Assembly: GCA_030264375.1 (NCBI GenBank)
Contig: JASCQW010000032.1
Coordinates: forward strand, 31,738,617 to 31,802,616
Origin: Carcharhinus longimanus
Lineage: Eukaryota
Direction of reading: 5' to 3'
DNA length: 64,000 bases
A program made the position numbers and the translations under genes. This document shows, piece after piece, positions 50,951-62,400 of the stretch; the first letter of the stretch is position 1; each line of letters begins with the position of its first letter. The notes below the pieces were generated by a model. It did no database searches, had not been told where the DNA came from, and saw only the letters and a program-made list of their open reading frames with translations.

Positions 50951-52599
50951 GCCTTGGGGTGCCATCACTCTGACAAGTCCTGGGCTGCAGAGAGCGAGGG
51001 ACGAATGCAGGTGTGGTTTAAATGTGGCATGCAGAAAGGTGATCCGATGATATCATTATGTCATTGTGGGATGGATTAATCGCAGCCTGCACTGCCACAA
51101 GGTCCAAAGTCCTCCCTGTTCATGCATTTTTAATGAGCTGAAAAGCAATGAGTTGGCATGGAAACCTACCAGTAAAGTAGGTGGGAAATGCATCACCTAG
51201 TTTATGGAGTGGAAAATTCCAACCCTAGTTTACGCCAAGGGTCTCAGAGTTAGCCTATTGCTACATGTTTTCACACTTCCACATCTGACGTCTTTAAGTT
51301 AACATTTGTTTACCAGCTTCTCAAAGCAGAGATTTTTACATTGCAAACATGTCAATCTCCAAACTAAAATTCATATTTCTACAACATATGAATCATGGAA
51401 TTAGACATTTTCATAATAGATAATATGATAACATAGTCCAGCTTTGGTACTAATAAGTCCCCTTTGTTAAATACTTTGAATATCATGAAGCTTACATATG
51501 CCCTCGAGTGTGCTTTTCCAACCGTCTGTAAAAAGAACACCAAATGCACACTTTGGTGAGGTGACACCAATGTAAATTCAAGAAGTTTGCTCATTTTATG
51601 CAGTGCATATAACTGAACAAATCTTGGTTTTATACCCACATACAAAGAAACAAAATATATTGTGTGATCAGGTTAGTGAGTTAAACACTAAATTGAATTC
51701 TGTGGGAGTTCTCCAAATCAGCTGCTGTAAAGTTTGCAGAGACTCCATGGAAACTCCATAGAGACAGTATGAACTGCGTTTACACCATAATTGCAGGGTG
51801 CCTCCAAATGGCATTTGCAAGATTTCCTTTGCTGATGTGTGATGTACTCGAGCACATTACTGAAGACACAGCAAAGTTGAGTATTTTCTCAAGTGTCTGA
51901 TGGTGTGTTTGCTAAACTCTTGAAGGAACTATTTCTTTCATCTTACCAAAGTGCTTGGTCAATTGTCCCTTATTTGTTTTATTAAAACCACCACAGAAAT
52001 TCATAAAATTGAAAGTTATAGTCATTATGTTGTTTCTTTCACTTTCATTTAGCGTATAAACACTGATGATACTCTTTCACCAGTGGTTGAGGATTTAACT
52101 ACATTTAGCAGCCGATGCATTCTCAATGTTAAAGACTCAATGACAGAATTTATCAATAGCTTTAGAAAATCCACTTTTAAGCTTAGCTGTTCCACAGCCA
52201 GATGGTATATTGTTTTAAGTGACCAGGTTTGGAGGTGATTTCCCTCAAATACTTTAGGTGTTAAAGAGCCACATAGCAGACCAAGAGAGGGTCCTAAACC
52301 GCAATACCAACATAGTCCATGTTTAGCACCATACACTATCTTGGTAAAGGAGATCAAGCCTGTGCTGGGAATAGATACTGGATAAAGGGCTGGGTGATAC
52401 ATAAAATACCCTGCAAGTAGTTCTGGAAGCAGCTGCACAGCATTTTGATGGCTAGCAACTGTCCTTATTCCCTCTCCTAACAGCAAGGCAGCTGTTTGGA
52501 AGGAACCTAGTTGCTGTTTAGTATTTTGAGTGCCATGTCACCTTTCAATGTTCACTTACTTCAGGAGTTTGAAGAGGAATTCTGAAACAAATCGGTGTT

Positions 52600-52930
52600 T
52601 TAAAATCTGATTCTCCTGTTCAAATCCTTCCCAGAGCCTCAACGCTCCCTAACTCTGTAACCTCCTGCAATCCTCCAACTCTCAGTGCATGATTGCTATG
52701 GCTGTTCCTTCTCTTACTTACACCCTAAGCTTCGGGATACCTCCTTGTCTGTCCTTTCCTCTTTAAGATGTACCTTAAAAACTAGATCCTTGACCCCAAC
52801 CTTTGCTGGCCTGTCCTCATGTACCTTCTCTGGATCAGTGGCATTTTTGTCTGATTATGACCCTTTGAAATGCCATGGGGAATTTTACTGTATGCAGGGT
52901 GCTATATGAATGCAAATTGTTGTATAAATC
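52600..52930 (+). mobile_element. L2 LINE 3' end
   Basis: Decayed L2 C-terminus; tail GGTGCTATATGAATGCAAATTGTTGT. Confidence 0.7.
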
Positions 52931-54179
52931 CTATTGCTTTTCCAGTTTTCACTGTTCATCTGAATAATTTTAATAAGCAAATGAAAAATAAATTTCCATC
53001 AGATATATTAGGCAGCCACAAGGCTTTTTTTGAGATTTCCATGATGCTAGCTTTAGAAATGTTATTTTCATCGCAAAGAACTCTAGCTCTACGCAGCAAG
53101 AGTATTGTGTTATGGAGTTCTACAGATACCTGTTTAAAGGGTAGGGCAACATTCACAATCAAAGTCTGCAAATGAATATCCTTGCTTGGAAGTGCATTTA
53201 AAGCTCAACGGACCATAACTTAACTACAAGCCAGAACTTGGGAAGGATTACTCTGTGTGCTTTTCTATAATTGGTTAGATGAATAGGGAAACTAAGTATG
53301 CTTCATAGGGAATCTGAAATGGAATATCAGGATATACATTGAATATAAATCCTTTGTTATTTTTATTGTGTTGCTGTTCTTTTGAGAGCACAAATCATTG
53401 CATACTTATTTTTCTCCAAATGCATTACACAACACTAATATTTCACTTAGTACAAGAATTAGAAGCAAATAAAATTTCACACACACACACTATTAATATT
53501 ATATTGACACATATAAAACGTTAAACACATATTGCCACTAGGTGCTCGAGCGTTCAGGTACCACTTACAATTAAGTTGATTTAATCTCCCTCATGTCATC
53601 AGCTTCAGTTACTCTTCTATGACACTATGGGTAACAGTATCACTACATCTGGCTATGTATAGAACATGAGGAAATTGTCTAAACAACATGCAAGTTCTAA
53701 AATGATAAGGGAATATATTTTTGTAAATGAAAATATGTGGATACTCTGAATGAACTCTTACGCTGCCAGATACAAGCTTCTCCTTTGTAACTTGAAGGAC
53801 TATTGGGAAAGTTTTAATTATTTACGCAGAGAAAATATTTATTCTTCTTCAGCTTAAAAGAAGGTAAAATATGTTACAGGCGTACCGTTTGAAGCCACAG
53901 AATCATAAGGAAACAAATTGACTGTGCCTTTGCAAAATGTATCCATTCCATTTGACCTTTCTTGGAATGGGTTGCCCAAATGTAGCCTGAAGATTTGAAA
54001 CAATAAGGTTGGTGCTTGGTATAGTGGAAACATTTCACGTGGGGGTTCAAACTCCAGGTGAAGGTTTGAGCCGATGACNNNNNNNNNNNNNNNNNNNNNN
54101 NNNNNNNNNNNNNNNNNNNNNNNNNNNNNNNNNNNNNNNNNNNNNNNNNNNNNNNNNNNNNNNNNNNNNNNNNNNNNNA

Positions 54180-54755
54180 CAACTAATTAATTTGTTTTGA
54201 AGAAGAGTCACCATTATGTTGTAGGGAAGTTTGGCAGCAGCTGCCTGCACAACAAAATCACATAATGAGTAATTGAGAAGAGGAATCTGCTTAGTGATGT
54301 TTTAGTGAAGAGTGAATGTTGGCCAGGAAACTGGGAGAATTCCACCTTCTTTAACAAATGGCACATCTTTTTTGTTCACTTGAATAGGCAAATGAGACCT
54401 CTATATAATGTCTCTTTTGAAAGATAGTAGCCCGAACTATCTGGCTGTTCACGCCAGTGGGATACCCTGGTCCAGCTGGCAGCACAGCCCTGCCCGTGGG
54501 TTTCCCATTGCCATGGTGTGCGTCAATGTGAATTCCCATTGACACTAGAGGGACCAGAGAATCCCATCGCTTGGAAACAATGCGCCACCACCAGCCAGCG
54601 GGAAACACGCCACTGCAATGCTGGGAATCTCATCTCTGGTATTGAAACACTTCACTGCAATGTGTCAAAATGTCATCGGCTCAAACCTTCACCTGGAGTT
54701 TGAACCCCCACGTGAAATGTTTCCACTATACCAAGCACCAACCTTATTATTTCAA
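54180..54755 (-). mobile_element. Degenerate DeuSINE interrupted by MITE 54430-54628
   Basis: Deu-like body (GTTGGCCAGGAAACTGGGAGAA on plus strand) and tRNA-like head (GAGTTTGAACCC). Confidence 0.6.
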
Positions 54756-54828
54756 GCCCTTTCACATCTTGAACATGTGAAAGGGCTACTAAAATGCTAG
54801 TTTGACTTTTCTTTATCCCTTTATTGTA

Positions 54829-55185
54829 GGGAGGTGACAGCATAGTGTTCGGGTAATCTGGACATCCTGGTTAATACTTTGAGGATCAGGGTTCGAATCC
54901 CACCACAACAGATGTTGAAATTTAAATTCAATAAAAACCTCAAATTAAAAGTCCAATGCTCACCATGACACCATTTCCAATTGACAGAAAAACCAATCTG
55001 CCTCACTATTGTCCTTTTAGGGAGGGAAATCTACCATCCTTACTTGGTCTGACCTATATGTTACTCCAGTAGTTAACTCTTAATTGTCCTCTGAAATGGT
55101 CTAGCAACTCACTCAGTCCAAGGACAATTAAGGATGGGCAATAAATGCCAGCCCACCAGTGATGCCCATATCTCATAAATTAGTG
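54829..55185 (+). mobile_element. tRNA-derived SINE family B, near full length
   Basis: B box GGTTCGAATCC; tail GGATGGGCAATAAATGCC..GATGCCCATATC. Confidence 0.9.
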
Positions 55186-56670
55186 AACAGAATGTTGTGT
55201 TTCAATAAATTGCATTTGCTTTCCTGACTGTATTATGATGTGAAAAGAAATTAAGGTAAACAAAACACTTGGGCAGAATTTTCCCATATTTTTTCAGTCT
55301 CAAAAGCAATGTGTAGCCCTTCAGCTGCACAGCCAGGTATTTAGTCTAGATGTAGACCCTCACTGGGAAAATAATTCATCGGTTATGTTTCTCTATGATG
55401 GGTTGGACCTGGTGGAGGTGGCCAGGTTGGTTCCACAAAGATTGGGGCACCTTTCAAAATGGCACCCTGAGCAGCCTGGAAAGACACACCTCATCCTCTG
55501 TTCCTCACCCTGGCCTCCTCCCCAACCCTTCCACCTCCACAGATATGGAGGAATTCCTACCCCCAGCATCAGGGTTTCTTCCCCTCCCCCACCATCAGCA
55601 TAGTGGCTTTCCCCCTCCCCTCCCCAATAACTATCAGCTTCTAGGTTCCCTTCCCACCCATAACGTAATGAGAACCCCACCCTCAATGGGGCTCCCCAAA
55701 AGGGTCCATCCTTGGCACTGCCAGGTTGCCACTACCTGTCATGTCCTTCTCCTCTCTGGGGGGATCCCTCAAGCAATTTGTGTTTTTCAATACTTGTAAA
55801 CCACCCAATATGACATCGCATTGGCGAGGTATAAATATTCAGTGAGGGGAAGGACGGGAGGGGAGGAGAGTTTTCAGCATTGAGCTCATTAATTATATTA
55901 AAATGCATGTAAAAGCATTAAAATAAGCTTCTTGCTCTTTGTGGGCATGAACCTCAACACGTCACCAATGAGGGATGGAGAAAATCTGGAAATGGGATCT
56001 TGCCGGTGAGAATCTCATTTCCCGATTCTCATGAGATTTTGCGCCCACTCTGCTATTCCTACTGACAGTGAGTGCAAAGTCACCCTCTTTGTCTTGTGAC
56101 CAACTTGCAGGTTATTTTGGAAGGGGGCAATATATAGACTTTTGTGAACCATTGATATGAATTCAATTTCAAAATAGGCAAAAGATCATCAATAATGTTT
56201 GAAATAGGCTGCTCGTCCAATAAGCGCAGTTTATTATAAGATTAATATACGAACTTTCCCAATTCATTTCTACAGAACTTTGCTTCTGCTAACAACCAGC
56301 TGTTTCTCCTAAACAGAAGTTTGATTTCTCAAGCTGAAATACTTCACAATGATCTTGTATTATTTTGTCCTGCAAACTAATATAATTAATCAATCACTAA
56401 TGACAGCAGCAGAAACCAAATGACTTTGTGGGATTCAATTGATGATTCTTAAGCTAATCTATTATCTGAATTGAATAACATATATTCTGTTCTATTGGTA
56501 TCCATGATTGCTTCAGTGAATAACTGAGCCGGTGACTGCAAGATCAATTGACGGTGCTTCTTCATCAGAGATTTATTCTTCTTCTTATCCTACATCAGCT
56601 GGTGAGGCAGCAGGCCTTAGGCCTCTGAAAGCATCATTGAACAATTGGAAAGCGGGATGTGCATACTTAC

Positions 56671-56878
56671 CCCAGTTGCAGCTTGTATTTGTACCTGTTC
56701 GTGAGGTGAGGGTAAAAAATGAACTTGAGAACGTTGTTAAAGCAGGAACATGTCATCATTCTGGAAGGCCTCAGTAACACCAATTGCCTCAGTGACTGCT
56801 CTGCTCATAATGGCCTGAGGACATGTTGCCTTCTCCACTCATCCTCTAATGCTCCCTCCTGCTATGTGCCAGCTTGAA
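56671..56878 (-). pseudogene. Putative exon 2 of a Harbinger Myb/SANT gene fossil
   Basis: Acceptor TCTCTCTGTCTATTTTGCAG, FKLAHSRREH*RMSGEG, donor GG|GTAAGT. Confidence 0.55.
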
Positions 56879-56914
56879 CTGCAAAATAGACAGAGAGAAG
56901 TCAAATGAAGACAT

Positions 56915-58165
56915 ATTTTATGGAAAATCATGATTTTTAATCCCTAGCTGGAAATCTGACCTGAACTCTTAAAAACAGATTTTTTAAATACACAGAGACT
57001 AAAATGACTTGCACTCACAGCCCAAGATGGCTAACCCCAATTTGTATTACTTATCTCTTTCCAATTCGGTGGAATGCAGACAGCCTGTCTTCAATACACA
57101 AAATGACTTTGGGGAGAGTTTGAAGACTTCTTATCTCATGTCCCATTAAAAATGCATTACGGCAATCATTTCAGATTTCCAACTGTTGGAGATGGGCTAT
57201 TAAAACTAATCAGTTGGACAATGGGATCCTGGCTAAGATAGCTTTCCAGACATGAGTTAATCAAAACATCCTTAAAGTACACAGCCAATATCCATTTTTG
57301 TATTTCTCTGGTAGTTGGAGAAGGAAGTTCACATGGCAAGCCAACTCTTTGTATTTTTTAAGCACGTTTTCTAACAGAACAGAGAATAAACTGCTCGGAG
57401 AGATGACCCTTCTGTCTCCCTCTCTCTCCAGACCATCTGGTTTGCTTTGAGCCCGGTTTGCTAACTGTGAATAACCAGAGATGCCTTCTTACAAACAGAG
57501 ACTTCTTAAAAGAAATTCAGCCCAGGTCTGATCATAGAAATCATAGGATCCCTACAGTGCAGAAAGAGGCCATTCAGCCCATCGAGTCTGCATCAATCAC
57601 ATCCCCTCCAGGCCCTACCCCTATATCCCTACACATTTACCCACTAATCCCTCTAAGCTACGCATCTCAGGACACTAAGGAGCAATTTTAACATGGCCAA
57701 TCAACCTAACCTGCATATCTTTGTTCTCCTGGAGACATTCAAACAACCAAATCAGCCGACTACATCTTTAAATCAGAAGCATTGAGACTACCAAAGGAGA
57801 GTCTGGAGCCAGCCAAATCATCAAACTTCAGACTGTGCATTCCTTTTCACTTCTTACAGGCTCTATTGTGGTCAACCTATCCTTCCCCACTCTATAATTT
57901 GTGTTGTGAGTGTGTGAACTTCAAGAGTGTGCATGCAAAAGTTGGAGAATATTTTATTATTTTACTTAGATCAGTTTAAGTATACTAAATATAACCTCTT
58001 TGTCAAACTCCAGAAAATCTGTTAAATTAGTTCTTTTAAGATCAGAGTGCTTAAACAGTTAAACACTCCCTGAATTAGCAAGCATACCCAAAAATACCTG
58101 TTGTGGTCAGATAAGGAAAGAGAAAAGAGGTGACCCATTTGATCTCTTGTCACCTGATTCTAACA
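56915..58165 (+). mobile_element. Probable Gypsy-type solo LTR containing a minus-strand HE1 SINE (57532-57722)
   Basis: LTR-like 3' end CACCTGATTCTAACA; 5' boundary and TSD not resolved; the SINE itself is clear. Confidence 0.4.
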
Positions 58166-58394
58166 AAAGGGTGTCATTCAATGTGTTGTAATATGCATCG
58201 TAAAATAACTGGCAATGTGTGAAAACTGAAAGTTGTGGATGTGAAGTTTCCAGCAGTGATAAGCAGATAAGGTGGAGCATTTGAAAGTTAGTCATGAGTC
58301 TTGATTGTTAGAATTGATAATGGAAGGGTGAAGGGTTTATGGTGCATTAATGTGTGTGATTGGTGGTGTGATCAATGAAGATGTAATCACTGAC

Positions 58395-58595
58395 CTCAAA
58401 TGCTCGTGTGAGATCATTGACCTTTCTCCTGCGTTGTAGCTAAGTCTTCAGAGACATGGCATTGACCTCTATGGCTATCTGGCTCTCATTTCCTTCTTTG
58501 GAGAACCTCTTAGATGAGGCGGAAAGATAACCACAGTCATTATTTTCATCTACTGCATTTAGGCCCCATCGCTGAATTTGAGAAACTGGGATTCC
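58395..58595 (-). pseudogene. Harbinger Myb/SANT domain fossil (exon 1)
   Basis: KFSDGA..QIAIEVNAMS..QRRRKVNDLTRAFE followed by donor GAG|GTCAGT. Confidence 0.7.
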
Positions 58596-58905
58596 TCTTT
58601 CTAACCTGCTGCTTTATTGCTTAGTTTTCCTCCAGCTCAGAAATTCACTTCCCCTTTAAGAAGTGCAAGTTAGCTTTAAGAAGGGTGGGCTCATTTTAAT
58701 TTAAATGCATGAACCTGAGTCCTGCGCTGACATGCAGCCACTCGGCAGTGTGTTTACTGTGGGACGACACTCCACACTCGCAGAGATGAGGAAGTTTGTG
58801 TGCTGCCACAAATTAATGCCATAGGATATGAAGTAATTAGCCATGGCAATCCCCATATTGCTAGCAGGCCTTGACCAATGTTTAGTTCATAAAATTTGTT
58901 TATTA

Positions 58906-59590
58906 GGGCCCAATTTTACCATCAAGTTGTGCCTCTTTTTGGGCATGAAAGCTTGGTAAAGTCGGGAGTGAGGTGAGGAGTGTGGTCCGCATCCCCCTCT
59001 GCGCTGGTTCCCCCTTTACCAAGATCCAGAAATGGCTGCGATTGGGACGGCACCCGAAACGGGTGCAACAGCCATTTCAATATATTTGCGTGCATTTAAA
59101 TTGACTTCATGGGCTGCATGCCCAACCTTACCAGCGCTTCGCCCTTTACCACCGCGTTCACCCATCCGGAATCTCCCACACTCTGTGCAATACAAAGGCC
59201 ACCAGTGTGAATATCATTAATGATCCCAATTGCGCCCCCTCCCCCCCTTTACGTCAACGGGGTTGTCTCGATAGGTCCCGAAAGTGGGGAGCTGTAGTAA
59301 TCCCCATTGGAGTCAAACACTCTGACAGGGTGGGGAATGCTCGTGGGCCCAGAGAATTCAGCCCCGGGTCCGCTAATAGCATTTAAATAATAATGATAAA
59401 TACGTTTTAAATCCTAGCCCCGCCTCCAGGCCGATTTCCAGCACCTAATGGCCACTGGAAATCCGGGCCTGGGAGACCCAAGCGTGGCATGAATACCCAC
59501 AGGAATTCCGCAATTTGGCCAACGCATGATTCCCCCGGTCCGCTGTGCTAATATTTTAGAGACAGTGAGATGGGAGGATCGTCCCCCATG
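58906..59590. mobile_element. GC-rich non-autonomous TIR element(s)
   Basis: Start GGGCCCAATTTTACCATC homologous to 13856; 3' part mirrors the 29056-29310 element. Confidence 0.6.
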
Positions 59591-60016
59591 ACGCAGTAAC
59601 CGCAACTTCCTGGGGCTGAGAATCCAAAGGCCTCAAAAGACCCAATGGATTAATTGTAGTTAAGTTATTTGTAATATCACGATAGGACAGAAACCCCACG
59701 ACAACTGATTATGTTCTAATGTGGGTCAGTTACTGAGGCACATTTTGCTTTTGGATTCGAGTTGGTTTATTTTTTTTCGAGCTGGTGAAAGGTTGTTGGT
59801 CGTTAAATTTTCCCAACTCATTGTCAACAGCTGGTAAGCGGGTGGACTGCCAATACGGTGGAGAAGGCTGATGTCTTCCTGCAATGATGCCATATTGTGA
59901 AAGATGGGAAATTTAGTGGTGAAAATCAATGGCCAACTGAGGAATTAAGTGTTAATTAAGAGTTACTTCATTCCTGCATGGGCATTTTATCTGCGCGACC
60001 AGGTTTACCACTCCTT

Positions 60017-60250
60017 GAATAAAGGTAACAGTCACCTTAGTCCCAGTTGACCATAAATGCACTCTCTTTTGAGGGGGAGAGCTGACTGGTGGTGATTTAA
60101 CCCCAGGGTCACCACACCTCAGGCGAGGGGCAAGGTTGAGAAAGTGGGCCTTGATGAATAACACCAGCTGGTACAGGAATTGAACCCATGCTGTTGGCGT
60201 TGCTCTGCATTACGAACCAGCTGTCCAGCCAGCTGAGCTGAACTGAGGCC
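60017..60250 (-). mobile_element. tRNA-headed SINE with RTE-like tail
   Basis: A box AGCTCAGCTGG, B box GGTTCAATTCC; tail GGTCAACTGGGACTAAGGTGACT. Confidence 0.7.
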
Positions 60251-60282
60251 CGACTCTGAGTGCAGGCCACAACTGAGACATT

Positions 60283-60537
60283 GGCCGGAATTTTACTGGC
60301 ATGCCAGCGCAGATTCCAGGGGCAAGCTCGGCTCGGAGAATGGCATTCTCCATTGGCCTCAGACGGGATCATGCGAAACTTGGGCAGACGTGCCAGTAAA
60401 ATTCCACCCTCAGAGTGGGATTTTATGGCCATCTCGTCCTGAAACCGTAAAATCCTGCCCGAATTCAATGGATCTTTCCACGGTCCGCCCCTCGTCTGCT
60501 CCAATTCCTGTGGCAGGTGGGATGGTAAAATTCCTGT
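60283..60537. mobile_element. Two adjacent ~125 bp MITEs
   Basis: GGCCGGAATTTTACTGGCA..TGCCAGTAAAATTCCACCC (60283-60409), 3-bp TCA, then GAGTGGGATTTTA..TAAAATTCC. Confidence 0.75.
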
Positions 60538-60989
60538 TATTAGGTGGAATAATAGATTGTGAAAAAAGGAGCTTAACATGCCCTTCAGATGATGATGATA
60601 CGCTGATGTCAGGTCGTATTCCCAACATCATCAACCTGATCCTGATAACACATTTGGTGGCCAGGCTAGAATTTGGGAGCCTGTCCGTGTTATTCAAGTT
60701 TTATTAAATGGTATAGTTAAGCTTGTTAAAATCCTAGCTAACTGCCATAATACATAACATGAGTAATAAAAAGCTTGGAAAGTGGGTTTCCCACCTGGTA
60801 GGTTTCTCCTGAGGCAGGGCCAGTTTAAAGTCTCTACTGAGTCCTGCCGGAGTCTGGATTCAGTAGTTTAGGCGGCTGTGACAACTGGATGGGCTACATA
60901 CAAGAAGCAGAGCTTCCGTTTCAAATTTCTCTTATTTAGTGACCTTACGGCAGGACTCATGGAGCTGCTCATGAAGGGTAGGAAATGAC

Positions 60990-62400
60990 ATTCCTTTCTC
61001 AATGAATTGCCAGAGTCAACTCAGAAGAGCCAGAGAATTTGTGGAAATTGCAGCTTTCCCCAGAGTCCAGGGAGCAATTGATTTATGCAAGTCACCATAA
61101 AAGTTCCACTTGTCTTGCCTGGTACCTTCATTAACAAGAAAGGATTTCACTCATTGAATAGAACATAGAACATAGAACATAGAACACTACAGCACAAACA
61201 GGCCCTTCGGCCCACAAGTTGCGCCGATCATATCCATACNNNNNNNNNNNNNNNNNNNNNNNNNNNNNNNNNNNNNNNNNNNNNNNNNNNNNNNNNNNNN
61301 NNNNNNNNNNNNNNNNNNNNNNNNNNNNNNNNNNNNNNNNNNNNNNNNNNNNNNNNNNNNNNNNNNNNNNNNNNNNNNNNNNNNNNNNNNNNNNNNNNNN
61401 NNNNNNNNNNNNNNNNNNNNNNNNNNNNNNNNNNNNNNNNNNNNNNNNNNNNNNNNNNNNNNNNNNNNNNNNNNNNNNNNNNNNNNNNNNNNNNNNNNNN
61501 NNNNNNNNNNNNNNNNNNNNNNNNNNNNNNNNNNNNNNNNNNNNNNNNNNNNNNNNNNNNNNNNNNNNNNNNNNNNNNNNNNNNNNNNNNNNNNNNNNNN
61601 NNNNNNNNNNNNNNNNNNNNNNNNNNNNNNNNNNNNNNNNNNNNNNNNNNNNNNNNNNNNNNNNNNNNNNNNNNNNNNNNNNNNCTCCAAGTGGGGTCTG
61701 GCAAGGGTCTTATAAATGTCCCACTAGTTGGTCAATGGATAATGCAGTTATGCACAAAGTATTCAGGCAGCAGCCATGACTCATACATTCTGTGTAACTC
61801 TCAGACTCCAGACTTGTTCAGCAGACCTGGTGCCCTAGACAGTTTGCTCCTACCTGACAAGGATTAACCTTTGAAAAGATAACTCATGATTCCTTTGAAG
61901 GCTCCCACAACAACACGGGGCAGCATGATAGCATAATGGTTAGCACTGCTGCTTCACAGGTCCAGGGACCTGGGTTTGATTCCTAGCTTGGGTCACCGTC
62001 TGTGTGAAGTTCGCGCATTCTCCTCGTGTCTGCGTGGGTTTCCTCCCACAGTCCAAAGATGTGCAGGTTAGGTTGATTGGCCATGTTAAAAATTGCCTTT
62101 AGTGTCCTGAGATGCATAGATTAGCGGGATTCGTAGGTAAATATGTAGGGATATGGGGGTAGGGCCTGGGCAGGATTGTGGTCGATGCAGACTCAATGGG
62201 CCGAATGGCCTCTTTCTGTACTTTAGGGTTTCTATGATTTCTATGAACAGACACAGAGAGGAAATACAATGGCAGTCATGCAAGCATCATGCCATTGCAG
62301 AACAGATAATTGGGCTACTGAGGTTCAGGTGCCTGTATTCTGTATGCAGTATGCTGCACCTCCACAATCTCATCATTCAGAGAGGGGATGCCTTCAAGGA
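60990..62400 (+). mobile_element. Harbinger DDE transposase fossil split by CR1 (about 61160-61710) and an HE1 SINE (61918-62246)
   Basis: IAAFPRVQGAID..FINKKGFHSLN | YSGSSHDSYIL..LLPDKD*PLKR*LMIP | ERKYN.SH..EQIIGLL..LHNL. Confidence 0.9.
61918..62246 (+). mobile_element. HE1-type V-SINE
   Basis: Full head, body, tail TTTCTATGATTTCTATGA. Confidence 0.92.

Noticed and set aside
52049-52486. 145-aa minus-strand ORF
   Set aside because: No recognisable domain or splice support; likely chance
54829-54905. tRNA gene (GGTTCGAATCC)
   Set aside because: It is the head of a multi-copy SINE, with no cloverleaf or terminator
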